Assembly: GCA_016840465.1 (NCBI GenBank)
Contig: JAEOSH010000023.1
Location: 1-28,107, forward strand
Origin: Candidatus Baldrarchaeum yapensis
GTDB taxonomy: Archaea > Asgardarchaeota > Baldrarchaeia > Baldrarchaeales > Baldrarchaeaceae
Reading direction: 5' to 3'
Length of the DNA stretch: 28,107 nucleotides
The position numbers were made by a program, and so were the translations under genes. Positions within the stretch are counted from its first letter, which is position 1. Every line of letters begins with the position of its first letter. Of this stretch, positions 1 through 7,559 are shown in pieces. A model generated the notes under the pieces. That model ran no database searches. It was not told the origin of the DNA and was given only the letters and a program-made list of their open reading frames with translations.

Positions 1-102
1 CATTTTAAACAATAAAAATCCTATAAATTCTAAGTAGATCATACAAAAATTCTCAGTCCCGAAACTCATCCCCGAGCCTATCTCAACGATAACTCCTCTC
101 AT
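1..102 (-). CDS. N-terminal fragment of a hypothetical protein, running off the left edge
   Basis: Open frame from ATG at 102 to the window edge with no stop (MRGVIVEIGSGMSFGTENF...). AGGTGA lies upstream, and it diverges from mfnA across a palindromic TATA-like element. Confidence 0.35.
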   Translation of the reverse strand, partial: MRGVIVEIGSGMSFGTENFCMIYLEFIGFLLFKM

Positions 103-123
103 AGGAAAAATTCACCTTCTCTC

Positions 124-137
124 GATAAAATTTTATC
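124..137. promoter_or_regulatory. Perfect 14-bp palindrome GATAAAATTTTATC, candidate bidirectional TATA element
   Basis: Perfect palindrome giving TTTTATC on each strand, equidistant (28.5 nt from its centre) from the GTG at 159 (+) and the ATG at 102 (-). Confidence 0.45.
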
Positions 138-158
138 ACCCAAGATAACTCCCAATGC

Positions 159-1325
159 GTGATCCCAATGGAACTCGATGGTATGAGCGAAGAGCAGATA
201 CTGAGAGAGCTTTCAGAAATACTCGAAGAGGACATGGACTACGAATCGGGAAGAATACTCGGTAGCATGTGTACAAAACCGCATCCCCTCGCGGTCAAGG
301 TTTTCCAAAGAACAATAGAGAAGAACCTAGGAGATCCCCTTCTCTTTCCTGGGGCGCTCAAAATCGAACGTGAAGTAATAAGAATGCTTGGAACGCTCCT
401 CCATAACCCAGATGCTCATGGAAATATAGTTACAGGAGGAACAGAAGCAAACATAATGGCCATTAGAGCCGCACGAAACATGAGTGGGAAAAAGCATGGA
501 AAAATAATCGTTCCTGAATCTGCTCACGTATCATTTGATAAAGCAGCAGAACTAATGGGACTAAAAATTATTCGTGTACCGTTAACAGAAGAGTATATTG
601 TGGATCTCGATAAATTGAACGAATACATAGATCGGGAAACGATAGCGATCGTGGGCATTGCGGGAACAACAGGGCTCGGAGTAGTAGATCCTATAGACAA
701 AATGGCGGAAATTGCAACCGATAGTAAAGTATACCTCCATGTAGACGCTGCCTTTGGAGGCCTAGTACTACCGTTTTTGGAAATGCTAGGATATAAGGTG
801 CCAATATGGGATTTTAGAGCAGAAGGTGTGATGTCGATAACCGTAGATCCGCATAAAATGGGAATGGCGCCTATACCCGCTGGAGGGATACTCTTCCGCT
901 CCGAGGAGATAATGAAACACCTATATATAAAAGTACCATACCTGGCGGGAGGAGCCGTTAATCACGCAACGATCGTCGGTACTAGGAGCGGCGCATCCGT
1001 CATCGCAACATGGGCACTCTTCAAACACCTCGGAATAAAGGGGTACATGGAGGTGATAAGACGTTGCATGAAACTAACAGAGTTTCTAGCATCCGAAATA
1101 GAGAGGACGCCTGGAGCACAACTTGTCAGAAAACCCATTATGAACATCGTCGGAATAAAATTCGACTCCGCTGATCCGGGCATCGTTGACAGGAAGCTAA
1201 GAGAAAGAGGATGGGCTCTTGGAAACTTCGGAAGCTTTCTCAGAGTTGTCATAATGCCTCACATAAGGAAGGAGCACCTGGTGGAGTTCGTAGGAGATCT
1301 CCGGGAAATACTCGAAAATTTGTAG
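159..1325 (+). CDS. mfnA: PLP-dependent L-tyrosine/L-aspartate decarboxylase (group II decarboxylase)
   Basis: ILGSMCTKPHP, NLGDPLLFPG, TGGTEANI, HVDAAFGG, the PLP lysine motif DPHKMG and GTRSGA are typical of archaeal MfnA. Confidence 0.9.
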   Translation: MIPMELDGMSEEQILRELSEILEEDMDYESGRILGSMCTKPHPLAVKVFQRTIEKNLGDPLLFPGALKIEREVIRMLGTLLHNPDAHGNIVTGGTEANIMAIRAARNMSGKKHGKIIVPESAHVSFDKAAELMGLKIIRVPLTEEYIVDLDKLNEYIDRETIAIVGIAGTTGLGVVDPIDKMAEIATDSKVYLHVDAAFGGLVLPFLEMLGYKVPIWDFRAEGVMSITVDPHKMGMAPIPAGGILFRSEEIMKHLYIKVPYLAGGAVNHATIVGTRSGASVIATWALFKHLGIKGYMEVIRRCMKLTEFLASEIERTPGAQLVRKPIMNIVGIKFDSADPGIVDRKLRERGWALGNFGSFLRVVIMPHIRKEHLVEFVGDLREILENL

Positions 1326-1374
1326 GTCTAGAAAACAATAATAGGGGGATCAACGAGATAAGAGTGGTGTCTCC

Positions 1375-2007
1375 ATGATGGGTAGAAGACTACTACTGGC
1401 GGCGTGGCTTGCGCTATTTGTGTTTGCATTCTTCTCGCATTACGTACTTCCATTCCGCTCGCTAATAATACCTATAATCTCAAACACGGGCGAAAAGATC
1501 CTATGGATCGTAACACTTCTCTCTCTTCCCGCGGTAATAGCAATAACCGGTCATGGAACTGAGGAATCCGCTCCTCTAACTGTCGAGAGAAGATTGCCCA
1601 GCGAGTATGCCAGGCAGATCGATGAATATGAGCAAACAATCTCAAGGCTTCAAAAAAGGATAAGGGAACTTGAAAGAGAACTTCAGCGACTTCGCGAAGG
1701 TCACAGGGCGCCAAAACTCAGGAAAGGAGAAGTGATAATAAGTGAGATTCCAGAAGAGGAGGAAAAGGAGGAAATAAAAGAAACTTCAGAGGAGGGAACT
1801 CCGGCAAGGCAACCTATCGGGTTAATAGATAAAGTGAGCGAAATAGAGCAAAAGATAATCGCTGCCGAGGAACTCCTCAGGCGTGCCCAAGAACAATATG
1901 GAAAAGGCGCAATTCCTAAAGAAGTGTATATGAGAATAAAGGAACAGTGTGAGGAGAAAATCAGACGATATAAAGAAGAGCTTGCAAACATCGCAAGAGG
2001 GCGTTAG
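1375..2007 (+). CDS. Hypothetical membrane-anchored coiled-coil protein
   Basis: Two N-terminal hydrophobic segments, a heptad-rich coiled coil (YEQTISRLQKRIRELERELQRLRE), an acidic linker and a C-terminal helical hairpin with GAIPKEVYMRIK. Confidence 0.75.
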   Translation: MMGRRLLLAAWLALFVFAFFSHYVLPFRSLIIPIISNTGEKILWIVTLLSLPAVIAITGHGTEESAPLTVERRLPSEYARQIDEYEQTISRLQKRIRELERELQRLREGHRAPKLRKGEVIISEIPEEEEKEEIKETSEEGTPARQPIGLIDKVSEIEQKIIAAEELLRRAQEQYGKGAIPKEVYMRIKEQCEEKIRRYKEELANIARGR

Positions 2008-2705
2008 AGATAATCTCGCCACTGGTAAGCGGTCTCATATGCTAATCTTATATGCCTCCGTGCATTCTTCGTAACAACATTCATGTGCCCTGGTAGTAAC
2101 ACCTCAACATCCAGCTCCGATAACCGCTTAAGGCTATTTATCAGCTGATACTTATCTCCTGTCGGTAAGTCAACCCGCCCGAATGCCCCATCACTGAACA
2201 CAGTGTCCCCTGAAACTAGAACCTTGTACTCATCATCGTATAAACACATACTCCCGGCAGTGTGACCAGGTGTGTGAAGCACCCTAAACTCATAATCCCC
2301 AATCCTTACCTTGCTTCCCTCCCTCAAATGAACATCCACCCTCACAGGCGGATACGACTGGGGTAACAGGCCCGCCATTATGACGTCATCATTCCCCTCC
2401 TCCAGAAACTTCGCCTCAACTTCATGCGCGTAAACCTTGAAAGAAAACCTCCTCATGAGCATCAGCAATCCGCCACTGTGATCAAAGTGCGCGTGTGTGA
2501 GTATAACCCTCCTTATACTGCTCGGCTTCAGCCCCCTATCCTCCATCAGTCTTAACATCTTGCTCACATAGAAACCAGTTCCCGTGTCTATCAGAGTGAT
2601 CTCATCTTCGTCCTCAAACACGTAAATGTTGGAATCAAAGGCATATCCCACGGGTTCCAGCTCCCACACGTCGATAACATAAACTCCCTCAATGACCTTC
2701 CTCAT
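2004..2705 (-). CDS. Metallo-beta-lactamase-fold hydrolase (glyoxalase II-like)
   Basis: LIDTG, THAHFDH, HTPGHTAG, SGDTVF and PGH metal-binding motifs. Start placed at ATG 2705 after GGAAGGTG. Confidence 0.9.
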   Translation of the reverse strand: MRKVIEGVYVIDVWELEPVGYAFDSNIYVFEDEDEITLIDTGTGFYVSKMLRLMEDRGLKPSSIRRVILTHAHFDHSGGLLMLMRRFSFKVYAHEVEAKFLEEGNDDVIMAGLLPQSYPPVRVDVHLREGSKVRIGDYEFRVLHTPGHTAGSMCLYDDEYKVLVSGDTVFSDGAFGRVDLPTGDKYQLINSLKRLSELDVEVLLPGHMNVVTKNARRHIRLAYETAYQWRDYL

Positions 2706-2863
2706 GTCATGCACCTTCCAACATCACTCCAGCATCACTATCTTACCTCCATTAAAACTTTTCAAAAATTTCCCACATCAACAAGCCTGCAGCGTTCGCA
2801 CCCTCTCGGCGGATGTTTTCAAAACCATCTTCAGCGAAAGCAATACCATAGTGCGTGTGCAAA

Positions 2864-2878
2864 GGAAAAGCTTAAATC
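2864..2878 (+). promoter_or_regulatory. BRE/TATA promoter candidate for tRNA-Gln
   Basis: GGAAAAG followed by CTTAAATC, about 35 nt upstream of the mature tRNA 5' end. Confidence 0.5.
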
Positions 2879-2911
2879 CCATTCGCAGGTTATTTTAAAT
2901 ACCTGGAGCGT

Positions 2912-2987
2912 AGCCCGGTGGGGTAGCGGCCAATCCTCCCGGCCTCTGGAGCCGGGGACCCGGGTTCGAATCCCGGCCGGGCTACCA
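2912..2987 (+). tRNA. tRNA-Gln (anticodon CUG), intronless, CCA encoded
   Basis: Acceptor stem AGCCCGG/CCGGGCT plus A-CCA, anticodon arm CCGGC-CTCTGGA-GCCGG, T arm CCGGG-TTCGAAT-CCCGG. Confidence 0.97.
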
Positions 2988-3097
2988 AAATCTTCTTCTC
3001 TTGCTCCTCTCCGGAATGCTAATTTATGTCGAATTTTAGTAGCACGACGGTGTGGTGAATCCTAGCATCTTCCGCTAAACCAATCGCCCCAATCATC

Positions 3098-3772
3098 TCA
3101 CTTAATGGCAATTCCTACCATAGTTTTCCTTATTGCTTTAGCAACTAGTGTTCCGGCAATTGTCCCGAGTGTGAGCCGTTCCCATATGAGCATTAAGGGA
3201 AAAGCAAATATGAAAACCTCAGTTGGTAGATTAAAGACGTAAACTGCTATCATGAGCATTGCGGACTGTTCTCCCATTGTGGCGTTGTACGCAATTATGA
3301 AGTCTTTCAACCTCTCAATCTTTCCCGATAAAAAAGGCAACAACGAACATAGTATTCCCGCCACCAGATGCGGTACGATCCAGTATGGAAACATGTAATG
3401 TATTCTCAGGTATGCCCATGCAATTATAGAGAAATAGATGATGGGTACGATCCCCGCAACTTTATCTCCTTCCGAGGCTCTCAACGCAACCTTTCCGATT
3501 AAGGTTCCGGTAAGCGGTAAGAAGAACCACAAATAGCCGAAGAAGGCGGTTGGTGGGAGATACCCAGCAAGAAGACCTCCTATTATAGCTATGAGAATCG
3601 CCTCCCTAAACGGGAATACCATAACCAAAATTGCCGGGAATAATATGTTTGCGGTCAGAAATGCTGGCCCTCCGATGAACTGACTCACCGGAATCATCGA
3701 AAAGACGACATAGAGAGCGGAGAAAATGCCAACCATCGCGATTCTGACCGAGGGTGTCATGCGGTAAGTCAT
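3098..3772 (-). CDS. Multi-pass membrane protein, ECF transporter S-component-like
   Basis: 224 aa, almost entirely hydrophobic helices. The N-terminal IAMVGIFSALYVV...IPVSQFIGG pattern resembles S components. Confidence 0.65.
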   Translation of the reverse strand: MTYRMTPSVRIAMVGIFSALYVVFSMIPVSQFIGGPAFLTANILFPAILVMVFPFREAILIAIIGGLLAGYLPPTAFFGYLWFFLPLTGTLIGKVALRASEGDKVAGIVPIIYFSIIAWAYLRIHYMFPYWIVPHLVAGILCSLLPFLSGKIERLKDFIIAYNATMGEQSAMLMIAVYVFNLPTEVFIFAFPLMLIWERLTLGTIAGTLVAKAIRKTMVGIAIK

Positions 3773-3790
3773 TACAACACCCTATTTCAC

Positions 3791-3820
3791 CGTATTCATA
3801 CGTATTAATACGTGCATTTA
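3791..3820. repeat. Tandem 10-bp repeats forming overlapping palindromes (CGTATTCATA/CGTATTAATA/CGTGCATTTA)
   Basis: Read directly. Includes the perfect palindrome CGTATTAATACG (3801-3812), with a further CGTATTA at 3831-3837. Confidence 0.55.
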
Positions 3821-3834
3821 TGTGTAAACACGTA

Positions 3835-4158
3835 TTACCATTTAAGCCTTCCGCCCATGAGTTCCTCAAGCACCCTTCTCATATGGAACACCGCGATGGC
3901 CGCCTCTTCTCCCAGCGAGCATCTGCACGCATCGCATTGCGGACATTTGAGCCATCCGCATTTTGGGCAAATTTCGGCACTGCGAATACGGAACTTCTCT
4001 CCACATTTGAAACAGTACACGTATGGATCGGAAAAGAAGTCTAAGAACCTTTCAATCACTCCAGATAGCGATAAATGACGCCCTTTGACAGTGTCTTTTG
4101 CTCTAGTGAGTATTTCGGCATCTACGGTTATCGTAAGTTTTGTTTTTCTGGCGCCCAT
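3835..4158 (-). CDS. Ribbon-helix-helix DNA-binding domain fused to a Cys-rich zinc-finger domain
   Basis: KTKLTITVDAEILTRAK...SLSGVIERFL is RHH-like, followed by CFKC, CPKC, CPQC and CRC. ATG 4158 follows GAGGTG. Confidence 0.75.
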   Translation of the reverse strand: MGARKTKLTITVDAEILTRAKDTVKGRHLSLSGVIERFLDFFSDPYVYCFKCGEKFRIRSAEICPKCGWLKCPQCDACRCSLGEEAAIAVFHMRRVLEELMGGRLKW

Positions 4159-4222
4159 GGGCCTCCCCACCTCATGTCAGAATCACGCCTTATATGTGTG
4201 TTGGAACAACTCCCGCGGAAGG

Positions 4223-5842
4223 TCACCTTATGGGCACTCCCTCCACGAGCCTATCGGATAGCACACGGGTGATGCGCACCTTCATGGTTTTGCCGACATC
4301 GCTACCTGCGTTTCGAACTAGGATCACAGGGCCCTCGTTAATAACGTAGCCAACCCCATAAGACAGGTTGTACTTGTAGGGCTCCGCTATTATCACTCTG
4401 AAGGTTCTTCCGAGCAACTTCTTCTTCACGTTCTTATTTATACGTCGAGCCTCCTCAACTATCAGCCTGCTCGCTGGATCCTTTACCGCGGGCACACTTC
4501 TAAAGTCTCCGAACGCCGAAAATGGCAGAGGTTTAAACCTATATATAGTTATTTTCTCCACTCCCTCCCTCTCAAACTTTCTCATGATATCAACGGTTTC
4601 TCTCGCCGTTTCCATTGTTTGTCCCGGGAGACCATGTATGAAGTAAACATATGGGCGTAGTCCGTACTTTTTCGCTATTTTTACGGCATTCAGCACTTCT
4701 CTCGGCGTACATGGCCTTCCTATATCTATGCAGTGCTTCTCCGATCCCGTCTCGCATCCGAAGTGTATCGTTGTACCGGGAAGATACTTTGCAATTATTG
4801 ACGCGCCCCTCTCATCGAACAGCGACGCCTTCGCGTTCTCTATGCTTATATAAACGTCATTTTCCTGAACCTCGGGCAGTGAAGTGATCATCGAAAGCAA
4901 CTTCTCGATCGCCTCATAGTTTGGTGGCGGCCATCTAGGATCCGTTAAAATACCGCCTTCAACCAATTCTTCGCGTTGATACTCGAGAAAATCCGAGGCT
5001 CCGAGAATTATCCTCCTAGCTCCTAATTTTACCAATTCCTTTATCTCCCTAACTATGTGTTCTGGATACCTGCTCCTAGGGGGACCGTAAAGCGAGGGTA
5101 CCGAGCAATACCCGCAACCGGGAGGTATATTCTCGGGACAGTAGTATCGCTCTTCAAGAGGTCCTTCCCTGCACTTCCCACAACCACTACACTTTCTACC
5201 GTCTGGTAACTCTATCCTCGTCCTGTAAAAGTTCGAGCATCCCCTCACGCACTCGACATATATTCGTGCGGCAAAGAATGTGGGATAATCGAGAATGTGA
5301 CGGATCGATGGAAAGTAACTATTTAACTTCTCCTTAGAAAGTATTGGGCGGAGTTTATTAAGAACAACTCCCTCCTCACTTCTCCAGGCAATTCCTCGGA
5401 CGTTCATCAACTCCTCATCCGGCGGGACTTCACCATCTTTAAGTCCGAGAGAGAGTAACTCCTCTAGAGTTTCCTCTCCCTCTCCTATTACCGCCAGATC
5501 ACAGTTGCATCTCCTAAAGAGTAGATAAGGATCGGCAGCGATGGGTCCTCCCACCACGGCGGGTGCTGGTTCTCCCTTGTACTTACTTTTCCACATATTC
5601 ACAATCTTCATGACCGCTGGCAAATCTATGCTCATCCCACTGACCATTAAAACGTCATATTCCCGCATAATCTCAGGTTTTTGAATCACTGTTTCCGCGG
5701 TCATTATTTTAGAGTACAACTTCCATTTGCTGAGAATACCGGCAATCGTTCTGGGTGCTGCACCTATCACATCCCTAGTAAACCTCCGTTCTCCTTTTTC
5801 TGCTCCTAAAGCGTCTACGATCAAGAACTTCATACTCATCAT
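4223..5842 (-). CDS. B12-binding radical SAM protein with C-terminal TRAM-like domain
   Basis: Cobalamin-binding-like N-terminus (VVGGPIA, AVIGEGEETL), RGC...GCGYC cluster motif, FGCETGS, YFIHGLPGQT and a C-terminal beta-rich TRAM-like region. Confidence 0.85.
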   Translation of the reverse strand: MMSMKFLIVDALGAEKGERRFTRDVIGAAPRTIAGILSKWKLYSKIMTAETVIQKPEIMREYDVLMVSGMSIDLPAVMKIVNMWKSKYKGEPAPAVVGGPIAADPYLLFRRCNCDLAVIGEGEETLEELLSLGLKDGEVPPDEELMNVRGIAWRSEEGVVLNKLRPILSKEKLNSYFPSIRHILDYPTFFAARIYVECVRGCSNFYRTRIELPDGRKCSGCGKCREGPLEERYYCPENIPPGCGYCSVPSLYGPPRSRYPEHIVREIKELVKLGARRIILGASDFLEYQREELVEGGILTDPRWPPPNYEAIEKLLSMITSLPEVQENDVYISIENAKASLFDERGASIIAKYLPGTTIHFGCETGSEKHCIDIGRPCTPREVLNAVKIAKKYGLRPYVYFIHGLPGQTMETARETVDIMRKFEREGVEKITIYRFKPLPFSAFGDFRSVPAVKDPASRLIVEEARRINKNVKKKLLGRTFRVIIAEPYKYNLSYGVGYVINEGPVILVRNAGSDVGKTMKVRITRVLSDRLVEGVPIR

Positions 5843-5862
5843 CTCGGCAAATGGCGTGCTTT

Positions 5863-5870
5863 TTTATAAA
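5863..5870 (-). promoter_or_regulatory. TATA box (TTTATAAA) of the radical SAM gene, probably leaderless
   Basis: Consensus TATA about 21 nt upstream of ATG 5842 and no SD. Confidence 0.5.
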
Positions 5871-5994
5871 TTCTTGAAAAGTATCTCAATTACATGCGTA
5901 TCACAAACGTCTCTCTCCTCTACTCTGATGGCCACGCGAGATCTCTCGGGTATTACGATGAAGTGCGTGGGTAGCGATGTTTAACACCACTTGA

Positions 5995-6016
5995 GATGCT
6001 GATTCGATGCTGATTC
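5995..6016. repeat. Perfect tandem 11-bp direct repeat (GATGCTGATTC x2)
   Basis: Read directly in the intergenic region between the divergent radical SAM and aIF1 genes. Confidence 0.6.
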
Positions 6017-6147
6017 ATTGAACGAGTAGCAATCCATGGTAACTTCCTATTTAGCGAGCCACATGTTAAGGAGAACAAGATTAATAGGCATTTATGATAT
6101 TAATTATTGTCCTACAACCTCCATAAAATAACCTTAAAGGAGGCCGG

Positions 6148-6213
6148 ATGGTATATCTGAGATATGTCCGGTTTGCGGATTACCACAAGATCTATGTGTA
6201 TGCAAGGAGATAG
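6148..6213 (+). other. Out-of-frame AUG-initiated 21-codon ORF overlapping the aIF1 start
   Basis: ATG at 6148 reads [21 protein letters not shown] and ends at TAG 6211-6213, in a different frame from aIF1. Confidence 0.4.
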
Positions 6214-6461
6214 CTAAAGAGGAGCAAAGGATAAAGATAAGACTGGAAAAGAGAAAGTGGGGACGAGAGGTTACAATAATAGAGGGATTTGATGAAAAGG
6301 AGGTGGACCTTGACCGCATCGCATCAAGGCTCAAACAAAAATGTGCCTGTGGCGGGACCATTAAAAACGGACGGATAGAACTCCAAGGCGATCACAGACA
6401 GAAGGCAAAGCAAATACTGATAGAATTGGGCTTCCAAGAGAGCAACATCGACATCACCTGA
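6153..6461 (+). CDS. sui1: Translation initiation factor aIF1 (SUI1/eIF1 homolog) with a predicted non-canonical AUA start
   Basis: Hand translation gives (I/M)[101 protein letters not shown], a complete archaeal SUI1. There is an in-frame TAA at 6135-6137 and no ATG/GTG/TTG before the zinc knuckle. GGAGG lies at 6139-6143. Confidence 0.93.
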   Translation: MSEICPVCGLPQDLCVCKEIAKEEQRIKIRLEKRKWGREVTIIEGFDEKEVDLDRIASRLKQKCACGGTIKNGRIELQGDHRQKAKQILIELGFQESNIDIT

Positions 6462-7449
6462 ACTCCCTGCCTTCACTGACTAAAGACTCAAACCCTAGTG
6501 CACTCACAAGTTCCTTATAGCGGTTCCTTATTGTGACCTCCGTAACTCTAGCAACCTCTGCGACCTCGCGTTGCGTGCGTCGCTCTCCGGTGACAATAGC
6601 AGCAAGGTATAAGGCTGCCGCTGCAAGTCCAGTGGGATCCTTTCCCGCTGTTAAGCCTTTTTCTTTTGCTTTTTTCAGGATATCTATCGCCTTCTGAATG
6701 GTTAAGCCAGAAACATTCAACTCGCTTCCAAATCGTTTTACAAAGTTGAGGGGGTCGCTGAACGGAATTGCATATGGGGTCTTCTTTAAAATTCCGTACA
6801 GCAACCTGTAATATTTCCCTAACTCTTTCTTAGAGATTCTGGACTCGCGAGCAACTTCGTCAAGCTTTCTAGGTATGCCGTGAATTCTACATGCCGCGTA
6901 CAGCACTGCTGCGACCATTGCGCTTATGCTCCGCCCCCTTATCATTCCACTCTCCAAGGCAATTCTATAAAGAAGTGCTGCACTCTCTTTTACCGTCTGC
7001 GGTAGATCCATGAGGCTAGCCAGTCTTTCCAACTCATTCATCGCCTGAACAAGATTTCTATCAGCACTTGTATGCATGCGCACCCTCATATGCCACTTCC
7101 TTAGCTTGTATGCATGTATGCGCTCACTTAAGCTGAGATCCTTACCACTCGCATCCTTGTTCCTCCAATCTATCAGTGTGCTGAGACCCTTATCATGGAT
7201 TGTGAGGGTAAGGGGTGCACCCGTTCTGGCCCTCCGCTCCTTCTCTTCCCTCGTGAAGGCCCTCCACTCGGGCCCCCTATCAACAACATGCTCGTATAGC
7301 ACTAGCCCGCAACCGGTGCACACGAACTCTCCCCTTTCGTGATCGAAAATCACCTCCTTACATCCGCACTCCGGACATACAGTTATGTCATCTCCCATAT
7401 GGTCCTGAACGCTATTGTTTTCCGAATGTCTAGTCGTCTCTGCGGACAT
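6454..7449 (-). CDS. tfb: Transcription initiation factor IIB (TFB)
   Basis: Zinc ribbon CPEC...CTGC, B-reader GPEWRAF, and two cyclin repeats ending [16 protein letters not shown] 7449 follows AGGTGAGG. Confidence 0.96.
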   Translation of the reverse strand: MSAETTRHSENNSVQDHMGDDITVCPECGCKEVIFDHERGEFVCTGCGLVLYEHVVDRGPEWRAFTREEKERRARTGAPLTLTIHDKGLSTLIDWRNKDASGKDLSLSERIHAYKLRKWHMRVRMHTSADRNLVQAMNELERLASLMDLPQTVKESAALLYRIALESGMIRGRSISAMVAAVLYAACRIHGIPRKLDEVARESRISKKELGKYYRLLYGILKKTPYAIPFSDPLNFVKRFGSELNVSGLTIQKAIDILKKAKEKGLTAGKDPTGLAAAALYLAAIVTGERRTQREVAEVARVTEVTIRNRYKELVSALGFESLVSEGREFR

Positions 7450-7559
7450 GAAGTACCTCACCTAAAAAGACAGTATACGCTAGCCTTCTTTTGATAGAAG
7501 GTAAACACAATTAAAAGATGCTTAATTCGAGAGTCTTACTTACCTTAAAAACAGAAACA

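Noticed and set aside
2709-3065. 118-aa ORF spanning the tRNA
   Set aside because: It overlaps a clear tRNA-Gln and its promoter, and has no protein features.
2960-4200. Integrated element at the tRNA 3' end
   Set aside because: There is no integrase and no duplicate of the tRNA 3' sequence (attR) visible in the window.
5955-6002. Possible C/D sRNA (ACGATGA...GCGA...CTGA)
   Set aside because: The C box is mismatched, there is no recognisable C' box or terminal stem, and I could not match a guide to rRNA or tRNA.
6134-6361. 75-aa minus-strand ORF in the track
   Set aside because: It is the antisense shadow of the aIF1 gene on the plus strand.
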